Shown here piece by piece: positions 51,787-61,003 of a DNA stretch of 64,000 nt. Source of the stretch: Bacillota bacterium. Its GTDB lineage: Bacteria > Bacillota > SHA-98 > Ch115. Location of the stretch: NCBI GenBank assembly GCA_013178415.1, contig JABLXA010000005.1:71369-135368 (forward strand), written 5' to 3'. How positions within the stretch are numbered: the stretch's first letter is position 1; each line of letters opens with the position of its first letter. Under the pieces are notes generated by a model, which ran no database searches, was not told where the DNA came from, and saw only the letters and a program-made list of their open reading frames with translations. The position numbers and the translations under genes were made by a program.

Positions 51787-52490
51787 ACTCGGGCTATAAC
51801 TACCGTGATATTATCATGGCCTCCCCTTTCATTGGCGAGATCTACGAGAAAATCCGCAAGTTCTTGTGGATCCTCGATTCTCTTCAGAGCGCCCAGGATT
51901 TCTCCGTCAGAGACCATGCCCGTAAGCCCATCGGTGCAGAGAATTACTCGATCATCTTTCCCGATTTCCACTTTTAAGAGGTCCGGGATCAAGACGGGCT
52001 CCACCCCAAGGGCCTTTGTAATGATATTACGATGAGGATGAAATCTTGCCTCCTCTTCTGTAAGGCTTCCGCTCCTCACAAGCTCCGCGACGATTGAGTG
52101 ATCATCTGTGACCCTCTTCAAAACCCCATGAGATTCAATGTAGGCGCGGCTATCACCCACATGTCCCAAGTAAATGTAACCGTCCGTCAGCGCAGCTGCT
52201 GTGAGAGTGGTTCCCATTCCCCGCCTTTGAGGGTTACTGAGAGATAGCTCATAAACTTTAGCATTTGCATAATGAATGGCCTCATTCAGCCATCCTTCCG
52301 GATCACCAGACCAGACTGGCAGCCTGTCTTTCATCGTCTGGCAAGCTATCTGGCTTGCCACCTCCCCAGCCTGATGCCCCCCCATGCCATCAGCGACCAC
52401 CAGCAAGGATTCACTTACAAAATATGAATCTTCATTTACTTCCCTTACCCGGCCTATGTCGGAGCGCACGCCCAGTTTCATGGCACTCAC
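51783..52490 (-). CDS. prpC: PP2C-family Ser/Thr phosphatase (PrpC/Stp/PstP-like)
   Basis: MKLGVRSDIGRVREVNEDSY...VADGMGGHQAGEVAS, typical PPM motifs. Confidence 0.85.
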   Translation of the reverse strand: MSAMKLGVRSDIGRVREVNEDSYFVSESLLVVADGMGGHQAGEVASQIACQTMKDRLPVWSGDPEGWLNEAIHYANAKVYELSLSNPQRRGMGTTLTAAALTDGYIYLGHVGDSRAYIESHGVLKRVTDDHSIVAELVRSGSLTEEEARFHPHRNIITKALGVEPVLIPDLLKVEIGKDDRVILCTDGLTGMVSDGEILGALKRIEDPQELADFLVDLANERGGHDNITVVIARV

Positions 52491-52972
52491 TCCTTGAGTT
52501 CAAGCATTGTATCCCCTATCAGCAATTGATCGCCTGGTTTGAGAATGGTTCTGCGCCTGAGTCTGCGACCATTGACCAGCGTGCCATTCTTGCTGCCATT
52601 ATCCTCTATGAAGAATTTCCTACCTTTTCGGTAAAGAATGGCATGCCGCCATGACGCGAAAATATCTTTGATTACTATGTCACAGTCCGGCGCCCTACCT
52701 ATGACCATCCTGTCTGCCAAGAAAAACGTTGCGCCGGCTGGAGGATCTCCAGAGGTGCTTATTACAACGATCCTGGGCCCGGATTCCTCCCCGGCTATCC
52801 CCTCCCTGCCGGCTCCGCGCCATGTTCGTATGTGATCGGAAGCATTCTCTGAATGGAAATGGACTGACGTTCCCGTCACGCCAGCCATCACCTCGCGGGC
52901 GAGCCGCCACAAAAATGCGTATATTACGGCAATCAAGAGGAAGCGCCACGCTACCATCAGAAGGGCTAGCAT
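52487..52972 (-). CDS. FHA-domain membrane protein (FhaB/FipA-like)
   Basis: N-terminal TM helix and a C-terminal FHA domain (VIGRAPDCDIVIKD...SWRHAIL...EDNGSKNGTLVNGRRL). Confidence 0.75.
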   Translation of the reverse strand: MLALLMVAWRFLLIAVIYAFLWRLAREVMAGVTGTSVHFHSENASDHIRTWRGAGREGIAGEESGPRIVVISTSGDPPAGATFFLADRMVIGRAPDCDIVIKDIFASWRHAILYRKGRKFFIEDNGSKNGTLVNGRRLRRRTILKPGDQLLIGDTMLELKE

Positions 52973-53791
52973 TCATGATCCCTCCTGGCGCCCAACTCCA
53001 TTCCTGAATTCAAGCAAGACCCCGCCGAGTTTGATGGAATCCCCCGGGCTTAGAACATGCTCGCCCACTCGTCGTTCATTGACAAATGTGCCATTCATGC
53101 TGTTGAGGTCCCGCAAGATGAAAGCCCCTTGTCTATGCAGGATTTCCGCGTGTTCCCGCGAGACGCCAGGGTCAGGTATGACTATGTCATTGGATCTAGA
53201 ACGTCCCAGGCTGACTCGATCTTCGCTGAGCGGATACTGGCTGCCTGAGAGTTCGCCAGACATTATAATCAAGTAGGGACTATCTTCCCTTATTGCCTGC
53301 CCGGGCTGTGCGGGTGGCACACGGTTGAATTCCTTTGTGATCTCTCCCGACCTGGATGTAGCTCCATCTGCATCCACGGGCCCCCCATCTGGATACGCCC
53401 CGATCTCGAGGAGAGTTGCATCTTCCACATACGCAGGCTCTACCTTTATCTCACCGGCCTTCAGGGAGCTTTCCTCAATAAAGGAAATCTCCCGGGGCCC
53501 CACAAATGAATAGCCTCGCCTTTTTGCCTGCATTTCGATGTACGAGCAAAGCTCACGCGAGACAGTGCGCTCAAGGGGTCTGATTTTCTCGACACTGTGA
53601 GGGTGCATCATCACCTTGTAGCAATTTGGAACATATATCCTTGATACACTGACCCGTTTTTCATCTTCCATAGCTCTCATTATGTGCCGCGCAATCTCGA
53701 TAGGATGTGTGCTATAACGATCCCCGCTGTAGAAGAGCTTCCTCATGGCTTCCTCAATGCCTCGTTCTATTTTCTTGAAGAAACCACTCAT
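52973..53791 (-). CDS. FhaA-like protein (DUF3662 N-domain plus C-terminal FHA)
   Basis: N-terminal MSGFFKKIERGIEEAMRKLF... resembles the FhaA N-domain. C-terminal FHA (VSLGRSRSNDIVIPDPGVSREHAEIL...NSMNGTFVNERRV). Confidence 0.75.
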   Translation of the reverse strand: MSGFFKKIERGIEEAMRKLFYSGDRYSTHPIEIARHIMRAMEDEKRVSVSRIYVPNCYKVMMHPHSVEKIRPLERTVSRELCSYIEMQAKRRGYSFVGPREISFIEESSLKAGEIKVEPAYVEDATLLEIGAYPDGGPVDADGATSRSGEITKEFNRVPPAQPGQAIREDSPYLIIMSGELSGSQYPLSEDRVSLGRSRSNDIVIPDPGVSREHAEILHRQGAFILRDLNSMNGTFVNERRVGEHVLSPGDSIKLGGVLLEFRNGVGRQEGS

Positions 53792-54975
53792 TGCAATTCC
53801 TTCCCCGGCATATTATGGCTCCCATACGAGACACCGGCATGTTCACCGGCATCTACGGAATAAAATCTACGCCGTAGCTGCCCGCATGCAGCATCGATGT
53901 CCTCTCCAAGGGCGCGTCTGACCGTGACATTGATTCCGCTGGCTCTCAACACCTGGGCAAATGCCCTGATTCGTTCGGGACTGGACCTTTCAGGTTCCCC
54001 TCCATTTACCGGATTCACAGGTATAAGATTCACATGGCACAGCATACCAGATAAAAGCGCGGCGAGTTCACGCGCGTGGTTTAGGCCATCATTTAGCCCT
54101 CTCATGAGGGAGTATTCGAAAGTCACCCGCCTCCCGGATGCGGCTATGTATTCCTTACACGCTTCAAGGAGCAGCGCTATTGGATATCGCCTGTTTATAG
54201 GCATTATCTCATCACGAATATCATCAGATGGAGCATGGAGCGATACTGAAAGGGTAATCGGGAGTCCCTCTCTGGCCAGTTTATTGATCCCCGGCACGAT
54301 TCCGCAAGTAGATATGGTCATGCGCCTGAAACCAATGTCTAATCCCATCGGCTCGTTCATGAGCTTCAAAAACCTCAAGACATTATCGTAATTATCCAAG
54401 GGCTCACCCGAACCCATCATCACGATATTGCGAACCCGGCCTCCGATTTCTCGTACATCTTTGTCTATGATACCCATAAGATCCACCATCTCTCCAGCAC
54501 GGAGGTTTCTCACAAAACCGGACATCCCGCTGGCACACATTCTACAGGCCATCTTGCACCCAATCTGACTAGAGATACATGCCGTGATGCCATACTCATA
54601 TTTCATTCGAGCGGCTTCCACCGCATTCCCATCATCAAAGCCAACAAGGTACTTAACCGTACCGTCCCTAGATTCCTGCTTTGCTAGCACACGTGCGGGT
54701 CGAACATCGACCAGACTCGAAAGCTCCTCTCTGAGGTCCAGGGGCAGATCGGTCATCGAGTAAAATGAAGTCTCATGGTTTCTGTGGATCCACCTGAAGA
54801 CCTGACGTCCTCTATAACGTGGCAACCCCAGCCGGTCAAAGAGATCTTCTAGCTCACCCGGGAAGAGCCCCATAAAATCCACCGACCTGAGATCAAAATC
54901 CTGTTGCATTCTTGTCCCCTCTCGCAAGCCTGCTCCCTCGGGCACAGGATGGCTTATGCCATTCGATTCATACAT
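53788..54975 (-). CDS. rlmN: 23S rRNA/tRNA (adenine-C2)-methyltransferase RlmN (radical SAM)
   Basis: CKMACRMC CX3CX2C radical-SAM motif, RYRGRQVFRWI N-domain and C-terminal GQLRRR. The true start is probably internal (MQQDF near 54909). Confidence 0.85.
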   Translation of the reverse strand: MYESNGISHPVPEGAGLREGTRMQQDFDLRSVDFMGLFPGELEDLFDRLGLPRYRGRQVFRWIHRNHETSFYSMTDLPLDLREELSSLVDVRPARVLAKQESRDGTVKYLVGFDDGNAVEAARMKYEYGITACISSQIGCKMACRMCASGMSGFVRNLRAGEMVDLMGIIDKDVREIGGRVRNIVMMGSGEPLDNYDNVLRFLKLMNEPMGLDIGFRRMTISTCGIVPGINKLAREGLPITLSVSLHAPSDDIRDEIMPINRRYPIALLLEACKEYIAASGRRVTFEYSLMRGLNDGLNHARELAALLSGMLCHVNLIPVNPVNGGEPERSSPERIRAFAQVLRASGINVTVRRALGEDIDAACGQLRRRFYSVDAGEHAGVSYGSHNMPGKELQ

Positions 54976-55056
54976 ATGAATTATACCCTAAATCTCGCCC
55001 AAGGAGGAATAATGTACAATGCAAAGAACCTTTCTGGAGAAGGGAGAGAAGAATCA

Positions 55057-55683
55057 ATGAGGACATCCCTTTTTTTAGTAAGACATGCGGAAACAGAATG
55101 GAATAAGTCTAACAGATATCAGGGACACCTGGACATCGAGCTCTCCCAGAAGGGCAAGGAGCAAGCGAAGCAACTGGCTCTTCATCTGGCGCATGCCAGA
55201 TTTGATGCGATCTATGCTAGTGACCTTGCGAGAGCCAGTGATACTGCGCGTGCTATAGCTGAAGTCCAGCGACTGAACGTTTTCTATTCCCCCGAATTGA
55301 GGGAGATAAATGTGGGAGCCTGGGCGGGACTGACGCGAGAAGAAATCGTGGCCAGGGATCCGGAAGCTTTCAAGCGATGGCTTTCGGATAGCACCGACGT
55401 TCCCTTCCCCGGAGGCGAATCGTATACCATGGTCCAGGCACGAGTGATGCCATTCATACACAAGATCATTCAGGCGCATCAGGGTAGTCGGATCCTCGTG
55501 GTGAGCCATTCCGGCCCCCTCAAAGTGATCATCCTGAGCCTCCTGGGCCTTAGTCTTGATCTGAGGAAGATCATCTACCTGGGAAATGCCAGCATAAGTA
55601 TGATATCCATCACTGATGGCAACCCTCGCCTGGAGCTCCTCAACGCGAATGGATGCAAGGAACTGATCGCTTCAGAGCGGTGA
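55057..55683 (+). CDS. histidine phosphatase family protein (phosphoglycerate-mutase-like)
   Basis: MRTSLFLVRHAETEWN RHG catalytic motif. A second His is present in VVSHSGPLKV. ATG at 55057 is preceded by GGGAGAGAAGAA. This is the only convincing plus-strand gene in the window. Confidence 0.75.
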   Translation: MRTSLFLVRHAETEWNKSNRYQGHLDIELSQKGKEQAKQLALHLAHARFDAIYASDLARASDTARAIAEVQRLNVFYSPELREINVGAWAGLTREEIVARDPEAFKRWLSDSTDVPFPGGESYTMVQARVMPFIHKIIQAHQGSRILVVSHSGPLKVIILSLLGLSLDLRKIIYLGNASISMISITDGNPRLELLNANGCKELIASER

Positions 55684-55687
55684 CTTG

Positions 55688-55875
55688 CCGGGGTGCGACG
55701 GTATCCCTTCCGCCGGACGCAGCATGACCGGGGTATGGATACTCCTCCCGGCGGACGCAGCCTTGCTGCGAGGCTGCTCAGTGATCCTCGGCCCTCAGGT
55801 TATATGGCCTCGGATCAATGCCGCCGATCGGAGTATCTTAACCCCGGATCTGCCGACCACGGATCAATGCCATCC
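55688..55875. repeat. imperfect tandem direct repeats in a convergent intergenic region
   Basis: A 34-36 nt unit occurs twice at about a 40-nt period: 55688-55723 and 55728-55761 (CCGGGGT..CC(G)CCGGACGCAGC). A CGGATCAATGCC unit occurs at 55811 and 55860, with a related CCCCGGATCTGCC between them. Confidence 0.45.
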
Positions 55876-57359
55876 TAAAGCGCGATGCCTAGAAGCGCTA
55901 CCACCGCTAGGAGGATTTTGAGGAGTCCATTTTCTTTGCGAAGCCCTTGGATATCTTTAGCTACGCCGGCCTTGTATGTCTCAAAATCCGAGGAAAGCTG
56001 CCCAAGCTTGGCGTCTATGGCACCATCGGCAGAGATCCTGGCAGCGCGTTCATTCGCTATAACATCTTGCAGGCTCTTCTCAAATCCAGCAACTTGGTTT
56101 CCGATTGCATCCATCCTGCTATTCAAGTCTGCAATCTTTTGGCTCAGCTGAGTGATGCTCTCATTTGCGCTGGCTAGCTCTTTATCTAATCTTTCGCCTA
56201 GAGCGCGAGACTCGCTAGCTGTGTCGGAAAGGCCCTTTTCCAGCGCATCGACTCGACCGGACACCCCGGAAAGGTCCTGTTTGGCATTGGCTAGATCCTG
56301 GGTGACGGCCTTGAGATCTTGAGCGGTAGACTCAAGCTTGGCGGAGAGGTCGGCAAGCTGCGTGCCATGAGCATCTTGTTTTGCCTTGATGTCATCCTGC
56401 TTTGTCCTGATATCGTCTATCTGGGATGAGAGAGCGTCTGCGCGTCCAGAAAGCTCATCGACCTTCGTCGTAAGATCCCTTATGGCGGTCTCTGCCTGAT
56501 TGGCCCGGTTCGCCAACTCCTTCGCGGTTTCCTCCGTTTGATCAGCCCGGCTCGCCAGAGCCTTCGACTCCTTATCCAGGCTGACTACAGCGCCCTGGAG
56601 ATTATCTACTCTTGCCTGCGTCTCAGTGGATTTAGACTCCAAGGCATCGACGCGCCCAGTCAGACTGTTCAAGCCATCATCTAGCTGGCCTGTCTGTTCT
56701 GAAAGCTTATCCACCCGGCTGGAAAGATCAGCCTGGCCCCGGGACAACTCAGCGGACTTTGCCGCCAAAGCCCTCAGTTGATCCTCATGAGAAACATCTG
56801 CAGCGGCCATCTTGCTTTCCAGAGCGGCTATCCTCTCCTCTGCACCGGTCTTTGTGGCCTTCAACTCTTCCCTCAAAGCCTGCAGATCTTTGACTATCTT
56901 TTGAGCTTGCTTCTGTGCCTCTTGCGCATCATAGGTAGCCTTCAGGACATCCTCCTTCATGACACTCAGTACTTTGTTCTGGGACTCAATCTGTTTATCC
57001 ATATTTTCAAGCTGAGTCCCCATTGATACAAGTTCCTGACGAAATTCAGATGAAAGCTGCCTTAGAAGCTGGACATCGCCGGTGGACGCGGCAACCTTGC
57101 CGCTGGCAATCTCATTTAACATCCGCGCGATTACTACGGCCAGGGTATAGCGGTCCACTGGCTTGTTCCCCTGGAATGTCCCATCCTGATATAAAGATAT
57201 GTACCCTTTGTCCACCAGTAGCTTGACGCTTGAATATGCCCAATGATCTGGCGGGACATCCTTGATTTGTTCAGCCATGGCCATAGATCCTGCTAGAAAT
57301 ATTGTCAGCGAAATGATCAACCACATGAATATGTGCTTATGCCTTGTAAATGCTCCCAC
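55875..57359 (-). CDS. Omp-alpha-like envelope spacer protein: signal peptide, SLH domain, about 380 aa coiled coil, C-terminal TM anchor
   Basis: SLH motif IKDVPPDHWAYSSVKLLVDKGYISLYQDGTFQGNKPVDRYTLAVVIARML. A long repetitive heptad-rich region rich in L/A/E/K/Q/S/D. The extreme C-terminus LLKILLAVVALLGIAL is hydrophobic. Confidence 0.7.
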   Translation of the reverse strand: MGAFTRHKHIFMWLIISLTIFLAGSMAMAEQIKDVPPDHWAYSSVKLLVDKGYISLYQDGTFQGNKPVDRYTLAVVIARMLNEIASGKVAASTGDVQLLRQLSSEFRQELVSMGTQLENMDKQIESQNKVLSVMKEDVLKATYDAQEAQKQAQKIVKDLQALREELKATKTGAEERIAALESKMAAADVSHEDQLRALAAKSAELSRGQADLSSRVDKLSEQTGQLDDGLNSLTGRVDALESKSTETQARVDNLQGAVVSLDKESKALASRADQTEETAKELANRANQAETAIRDLTTKVDELSGRADALSSQIDDIRTKQDDIKAKQDAHGTQLADLSAKLESTAQDLKAVTQDLANAKQDLSGVSGRVDALEKGLSDTASESRALGERLDKELASANESITQLSQKIADLNSRMDAIGNQVAGFEKSLQDVIANERAARISADGAIDAKLGQLSSDFETYKAGVAKDIQGLRKENGLLKILLAVVALLGIAL

Positions 57360-57375
57360 AAAAACACTCCTCCCT

Positions 57376-59481
57376 TCATTTTGATACCATCACGACTCCA
57401 TTTATGGCTCGCACAGGCACTTCACGCCCGTCAGCATTCAGTATGCGCGCATTGCTGATGGTAATGGTGGCCTTACCCACTGTCCTGGCAAGGAAATTGA
57501 TACATGCAAAGGTTCCGAAGACGTCTGCCGGCGCAGAGAGACGCCCCCCAATTGCATGCACCTGCCCGGGGACTTCAGATATGGTCCCGCCTCTCCACTC
57601 AGAGAGTTTGTCACCCTCGACGAATACCGTGCCCCTGGACACGCTGATCATCTGCAGGATATCCGGGTCATAGGCTATATCAAGCGTCCCCTTGAGGAAG
57701 TTCTTCACATTAGTGATCCGTATGTAGACAGGGAAGAAACTGCCTGCCTTGACAGGATTCTCGGGCGGCATCACTTCGATCCTGGGCTCGAGCCGTGGCA
57801 CTGCTATCCTGTAATCCATGAAGACTCCTTCTGTATTGTACGCCTCCACCTTTACCCCGCACTCAGCAAAAGAACCAGAATCTCTGGGTTCAAGCTGCCA
57901 CACTACCTTGTAGGACTGCTGGGGGTCCAATGGCCCAAGGAACCTTGAGGCTTTCTCATGGGGAGCCGGACCCAGGAGTGCCCCCCAGGACATCCTCGCC
58001 TGGACCCCATATGCTGTAGACCCGCCCACATTCTTGATGGTAGCGTAAATCTTGAATGGATCAGGGGAAAGCCGCTGATCGACAATCGATAGTTCTCTGG
58101 GGCCGCTCAAGGTGACCTGGAATTTCGGGGCCTCAAGAATGCGCACCTCTCTCGTAACCTGGTTCGGTTCAGCATTTTCGGCCTCTACCCTGACAGAATA
58201 CGAAAGAGTCTCTCCCGGCCTTCCTTTCGGGACCACATCCCAGACTACCTGAGACAATTCTCCCACCTTGAGAATCCCTAGGTCGCGGACCGGGGATTGT
58301 CCGGATTTCAAGCTGAGTCCCTCTGGTAGAGTTATGCTGACTCGTGTGCCAATGGCATCACCCTTCCCTGAATTTTCCACATAACATACAACAGGGAATG
58401 TTTTGGGCTGATCTTTGCCCACAGCCACCTCTGCAGGGGAACTTACCCCAAGAGAGAGATCCCCTGGCGATATACTTATCCCGCCAAGGCCATAGAGAGT
58501 GACATATTCACGTGACTCTCCGGGCGCAAGAGGTTTCGGATCCCAGAATAGAGCTATGGCACTATCCGGTTCATATTCTCCTTTCCTGATGAATTCCCGT
58601 CCGGGAGAAAAGTCGAAATCCCAGACCCCATCGGCAAGGCTCCCCCAATTAGATAGATAGACTCTGTCAGGAGGCGTGGCTCCTTGGCCAGATAATGTTC
58701 CCTGGCTTGTTACGCTTGGGGCGCTAAGTGAATCAAAGGCCTGCCAAAATTCAGGAATATCCGAGACTGTATATGCCGTGTCAGAAATTATGGCATCGCC
58801 CCTCACGCGGAAAGGAGCGCCGTCATTTGCGCCCAACATGGTATCCAACAGGATACGGACCCCTATCTCCCTGGGACTTGTCCCCTCATTAGTCACTACA
58901 TACCGAATCTCTGCAGTATCAAAAAGCCCCGTGGTGCTGCTCCGGACTATCCTGAGGGATTGGATCGCCTCGATATCCTTACTGTCGCCCAGTCTACAAA
59001 TGCTAACAATTTCCTTGCCGTCGACTATATGGGGCCGTGATATCATATCACCATATAAGCCCTTCTCGCCCGCACGCTTTTTTGTGGCTCCTCCATAACA
59101 ATAATCTTTACCATCGATCCGGATGGTGGTGAATGAGGTCCATGGGACCGGTCTGCCATATATTAAAGGCTTATTGTCATCCTCTGATTTTGTGGGATCC
59201 CCGCCTGTTGTATCAAGGGCAAACCTGCACGTGGCATCATCGGTATTATTGACGAACACACGAACATAGTCGTTTGAAAGGGAAACCAGTTCCCCGCCCT
59301 GAGCGCCGGCGCCACCAGAAAAGGCATCCAGCAAGATGAATATGAAAACGAGGATAATCAAGGCCCATTTGGCTCCAGATCGCCCTCCCCTGCAGTTCCT
59401 TCCCCGGGGCCGCGATTTTGTGAGCAGGTTATCGAACCAGGCCAGATCCCCTGAGTTTAAACATATACTTGCAGCCAGCAT
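57376..59481 (-). CDS. large secreted multi-domain beta-sandwich protein with a C-terminal cohesin-like module
   Basis: N-terminal signal anchor (WALIILVFIFILLDAF). Middle CARDB/DUF11-like beta-sandwich repeats (VSITLPEGLSLKSG...YSVRVEAENA; YATIKNVGGS...). The last ~135 aa show a cohesin-like pattern (PVKAGSFFPVYIRITNV...GTLDIAYDPDIL...ITISNARILNADGREVPVRAINGVVMV). Confidence 0.5.
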   Translation of the reverse strand: MLAASICLNSGDLAWFDNLLTKSRPRGRNCRGGRSGAKWALIILVFIFILLDAFSGGAGAQGGELVSLSNDYVRVFVNNTDDATCRFALDTTGGDPTKSEDDNKPLIYGRPVPWTSFTTIRIDGKDYCYGGATKKRAGEKGLYGDMISRPHIVDGKEIVSICRLGDSKDIEAIQSLRIVRSSTTGLFDTAEIRYVVTNEGTSPREIGVRILLDTMLGANDGAPFRVRGDAIISDTAYTVSDIPEFWQAFDSLSAPSVTSQGTLSGQGATPPDRVYLSNWGSLADGVWDFDFSPGREFIRKGEYEPDSAIALFWDPKPLAPGESREYVTLYGLGGISISPGDLSLGVSSPAEVAVGKDQPKTFPVVCYVENSGKGDAIGTRVSITLPEGLSLKSGQSPVRDLGILKVGELSQVVWDVVPKGRPGETLSYSVRVEAENAEPNQVTREVRILEAPKFQVTLSGPRELSIVDQRLSPDPFKIYATIKNVGGSTAYGVQARMSWGALLGPAPHEKASRFLGPLDPQQSYKVVWQLEPRDSGSFAECGVKVEAYNTEGVFMDYRIAVPRLEPRIEVMPPENPVKAGSFFPVYIRITNVKNFLKGTLDIAYDPDILQMISVSRGTVFVEGDKLSEWRGGTISEVPGQVHAIGGRLSAPADVFGTFACINFLARTVGKATITISNARILNADGREVPVRAINGVVMVSK

Positions 59482-59500
59482 AAGCGGAATCCTCCGTCAG

Positions 59501-60586
59501 TCATTCCGAGACGAGGGTTATGCCCCCAAATTGAACTGTTACCTTTTCCTTATCGAAACTGAATGCGACCCGGAGTCGGTAGGGAACTCCTATCCCCTTG
59601 AAAGACCAGCTTCCCTGCATCGTCCTGAGTGCTATAGTATCAATCCGCGCATCGCCAGACGAACTCGCTATCTTGACCCCCAGTAATTTGCCGTTTTGAT
59701 CTATCTCGGCAAGAGCCTCGACAACTCCCCCCACACCTTCATTTTGTGCGTCCTTTGGGTAGACTGGACGGACGCGGGATATTGCAAGCCCCTCACCAGT
59801 GCCGAAATCAGCGACATCAAGGCCCCTCCCGGCCGCATCTTCTTTGCCATTGCCTGCCCCCGGAGTTGTGTTCCCATTAGCGCCGGCTTTGCCGATCCCA
59901 GAACTCGCGCCCGGGCTGCCGTTTGCCGAGCCACCCTTCGCGCCGACACCAGCGCCTCCTTGTCCGGCGCCAGCTCCCGATGCGGCGGCAGGCTTCCCTC
60001 CACCCTCAGCAGGGCCGCTCGCTATGGTCTCCTCTCCGCCAGGGCTTGTCAGCACCTCAGGCTGCTGAACACGTTGTCCCGAAACCTGCCGCTCCACTGG
60101 AGCCTTCGCTGCTACAGGCGCAGGCCCGGCCTTATGTCTTCCTTCACCCTCAAATTTCGGTTCAGGCTGTGACTCGCGCTGTGTTTCAACCCTCGGGCTT
60201 GGCTCTGGTTCTGGTTCCTGTTTCATCACCGGCTCTTGTCCCGCTGCCTGATCCATCTTCTGTTTGGATTCAGGTTTCGGAACCGGCTCTTGGGATGGCG
60301 CCGCTGGTCCGGCAACCTTCTCCCTTTTCACTACAACAGTCGTAGAACCTTTTGAGCCTGATTTTTCAGCTACCCGCGAACCTTTGACTGAAACCGCCGG
60401 CAAAGAAGATTCCGGGCTCGCCTCGGCCAGGATGGCCTCCACAGTCGCCCCATACTCCACCGGATAAATATCCACAGGTGCCCTGAATCCGACCGGCGCC
60501 AAGAATATCACCAATATATGGAGGATTATGGAGACAGCTGTAGAGATACCCATCCGCCGGCCATATCCTGACTGCAGAGATCTCAT
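59501..60586 (-). CDS. tonB: TonB-family energy transducer
   Basis: N-terminal TM helix (ISTAVSIILHILVIFLAPV) and a Pro/Glu/Lys-rich then Gly/Ala-rich linker. C-terminal TonB-like domain (VRPVYPKDAQNEGVGGVVEALAEIDQNGKLLGVKIASSSGDARID...). Follows exbD with a 6-nt gap. Confidence 0.7.
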   Translation of the reverse strand: MRSLQSGYGRRMGISTAVSIILHILVIFLAPVGFRAPVDIYPVEYGATVEAILAEASPESSLPAVSVKGSRVAEKSGSKGSTTVVVKREKVAGPAAPSQEPVPKPESKQKMDQAAGQEPVMKQEPEPEPSPRVETQRESQPEPKFEGEGRHKAGPAPVAAKAPVERQVSGQRVQQPEVLTSPGGEETIASGPAEGGGKPAAASGAGAGQGGAGVGAKGGSANGSPGASSGIGKAGANGNTTPGAGNGKEDAAGRGLDVADFGTGEGLAISRVRPVYPKDAQNEGVGGVVEALAEIDQNGKLLGVKIASSSGDARIDTIALRTMQGSWSFKGIGVPYRLRVAFSFDKEKVTVQFGGITLVSE

Positions 60587-60592
60587 CTTCCA

Positions 60593-61003
60593 TCACCTCG
60601 CAGGCCGTCGATCGGCGGCCAGGGCGATACGAGAAGCTCCAACGTCGCGGGCAGTGTCCATGACTGCTATGATATCCTCATACAATACCTGGCGGTCAGC
60701 GCGAATTATGACTGTCTCACCCGGGTCTCGTGAAACATGCTCCTTGATCTGATCCCTAAGCTCGGGAATGGTAGTCCTCCTGCCATTGAAATATAGACGC
60801 CCGGTCCGGTCTATGCTGACTATCATCTGACCTGCCCTATATGGCGCTGCAGTAACCGCTCTGGGAAGATTGATCTGCAGGCCCGTGGGAGCGGTCTTGA
60901 AACTGGTAAAAAGTATGAAGAAGACGATGAGAAAAGTCATGACATCCATCAACGGTATGAGATTAATGGCCGGCAGCCTGCGCTTGCTTCGTTGAAACCT
61001 CAA
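60593..61003 (-). CDS. exbD: ExbD/TolR biopolymer transport protein
   Basis: 136 aa with INLIPLMDVMTFLIVFFIL TM helix and a conserved Asp. A periplasmic domain follows. Confidence 0.8.
   Translation of the reverse strand: MRFQRSKRRLPAINLIPLMDVMTFLIVFFILFTSFKTAPTGLQINLPRAVTAAPYRAGQMIVSIDRTGRLYFNGRRTTIPELRDQIKEHVSRDPGETVIIRADRQVLYEDIIAVMDTARDVGASRIALAADRRPAR

Noticed and set aside
55685-55921. Small plus-strand ORFs over the repeat island
   Set aside because: Their amino-acid sequence simply mirrors the nucleotide repeats. There is no start context, and they overlap the 3' end of the Omp-alpha-like gene.
59696-60345. Several 90-160 aa plus-strand ORFs
   Set aside because: They arise from the GC-rich Pro/Ala/Gly linker codons of tonB read on the opposite strand.
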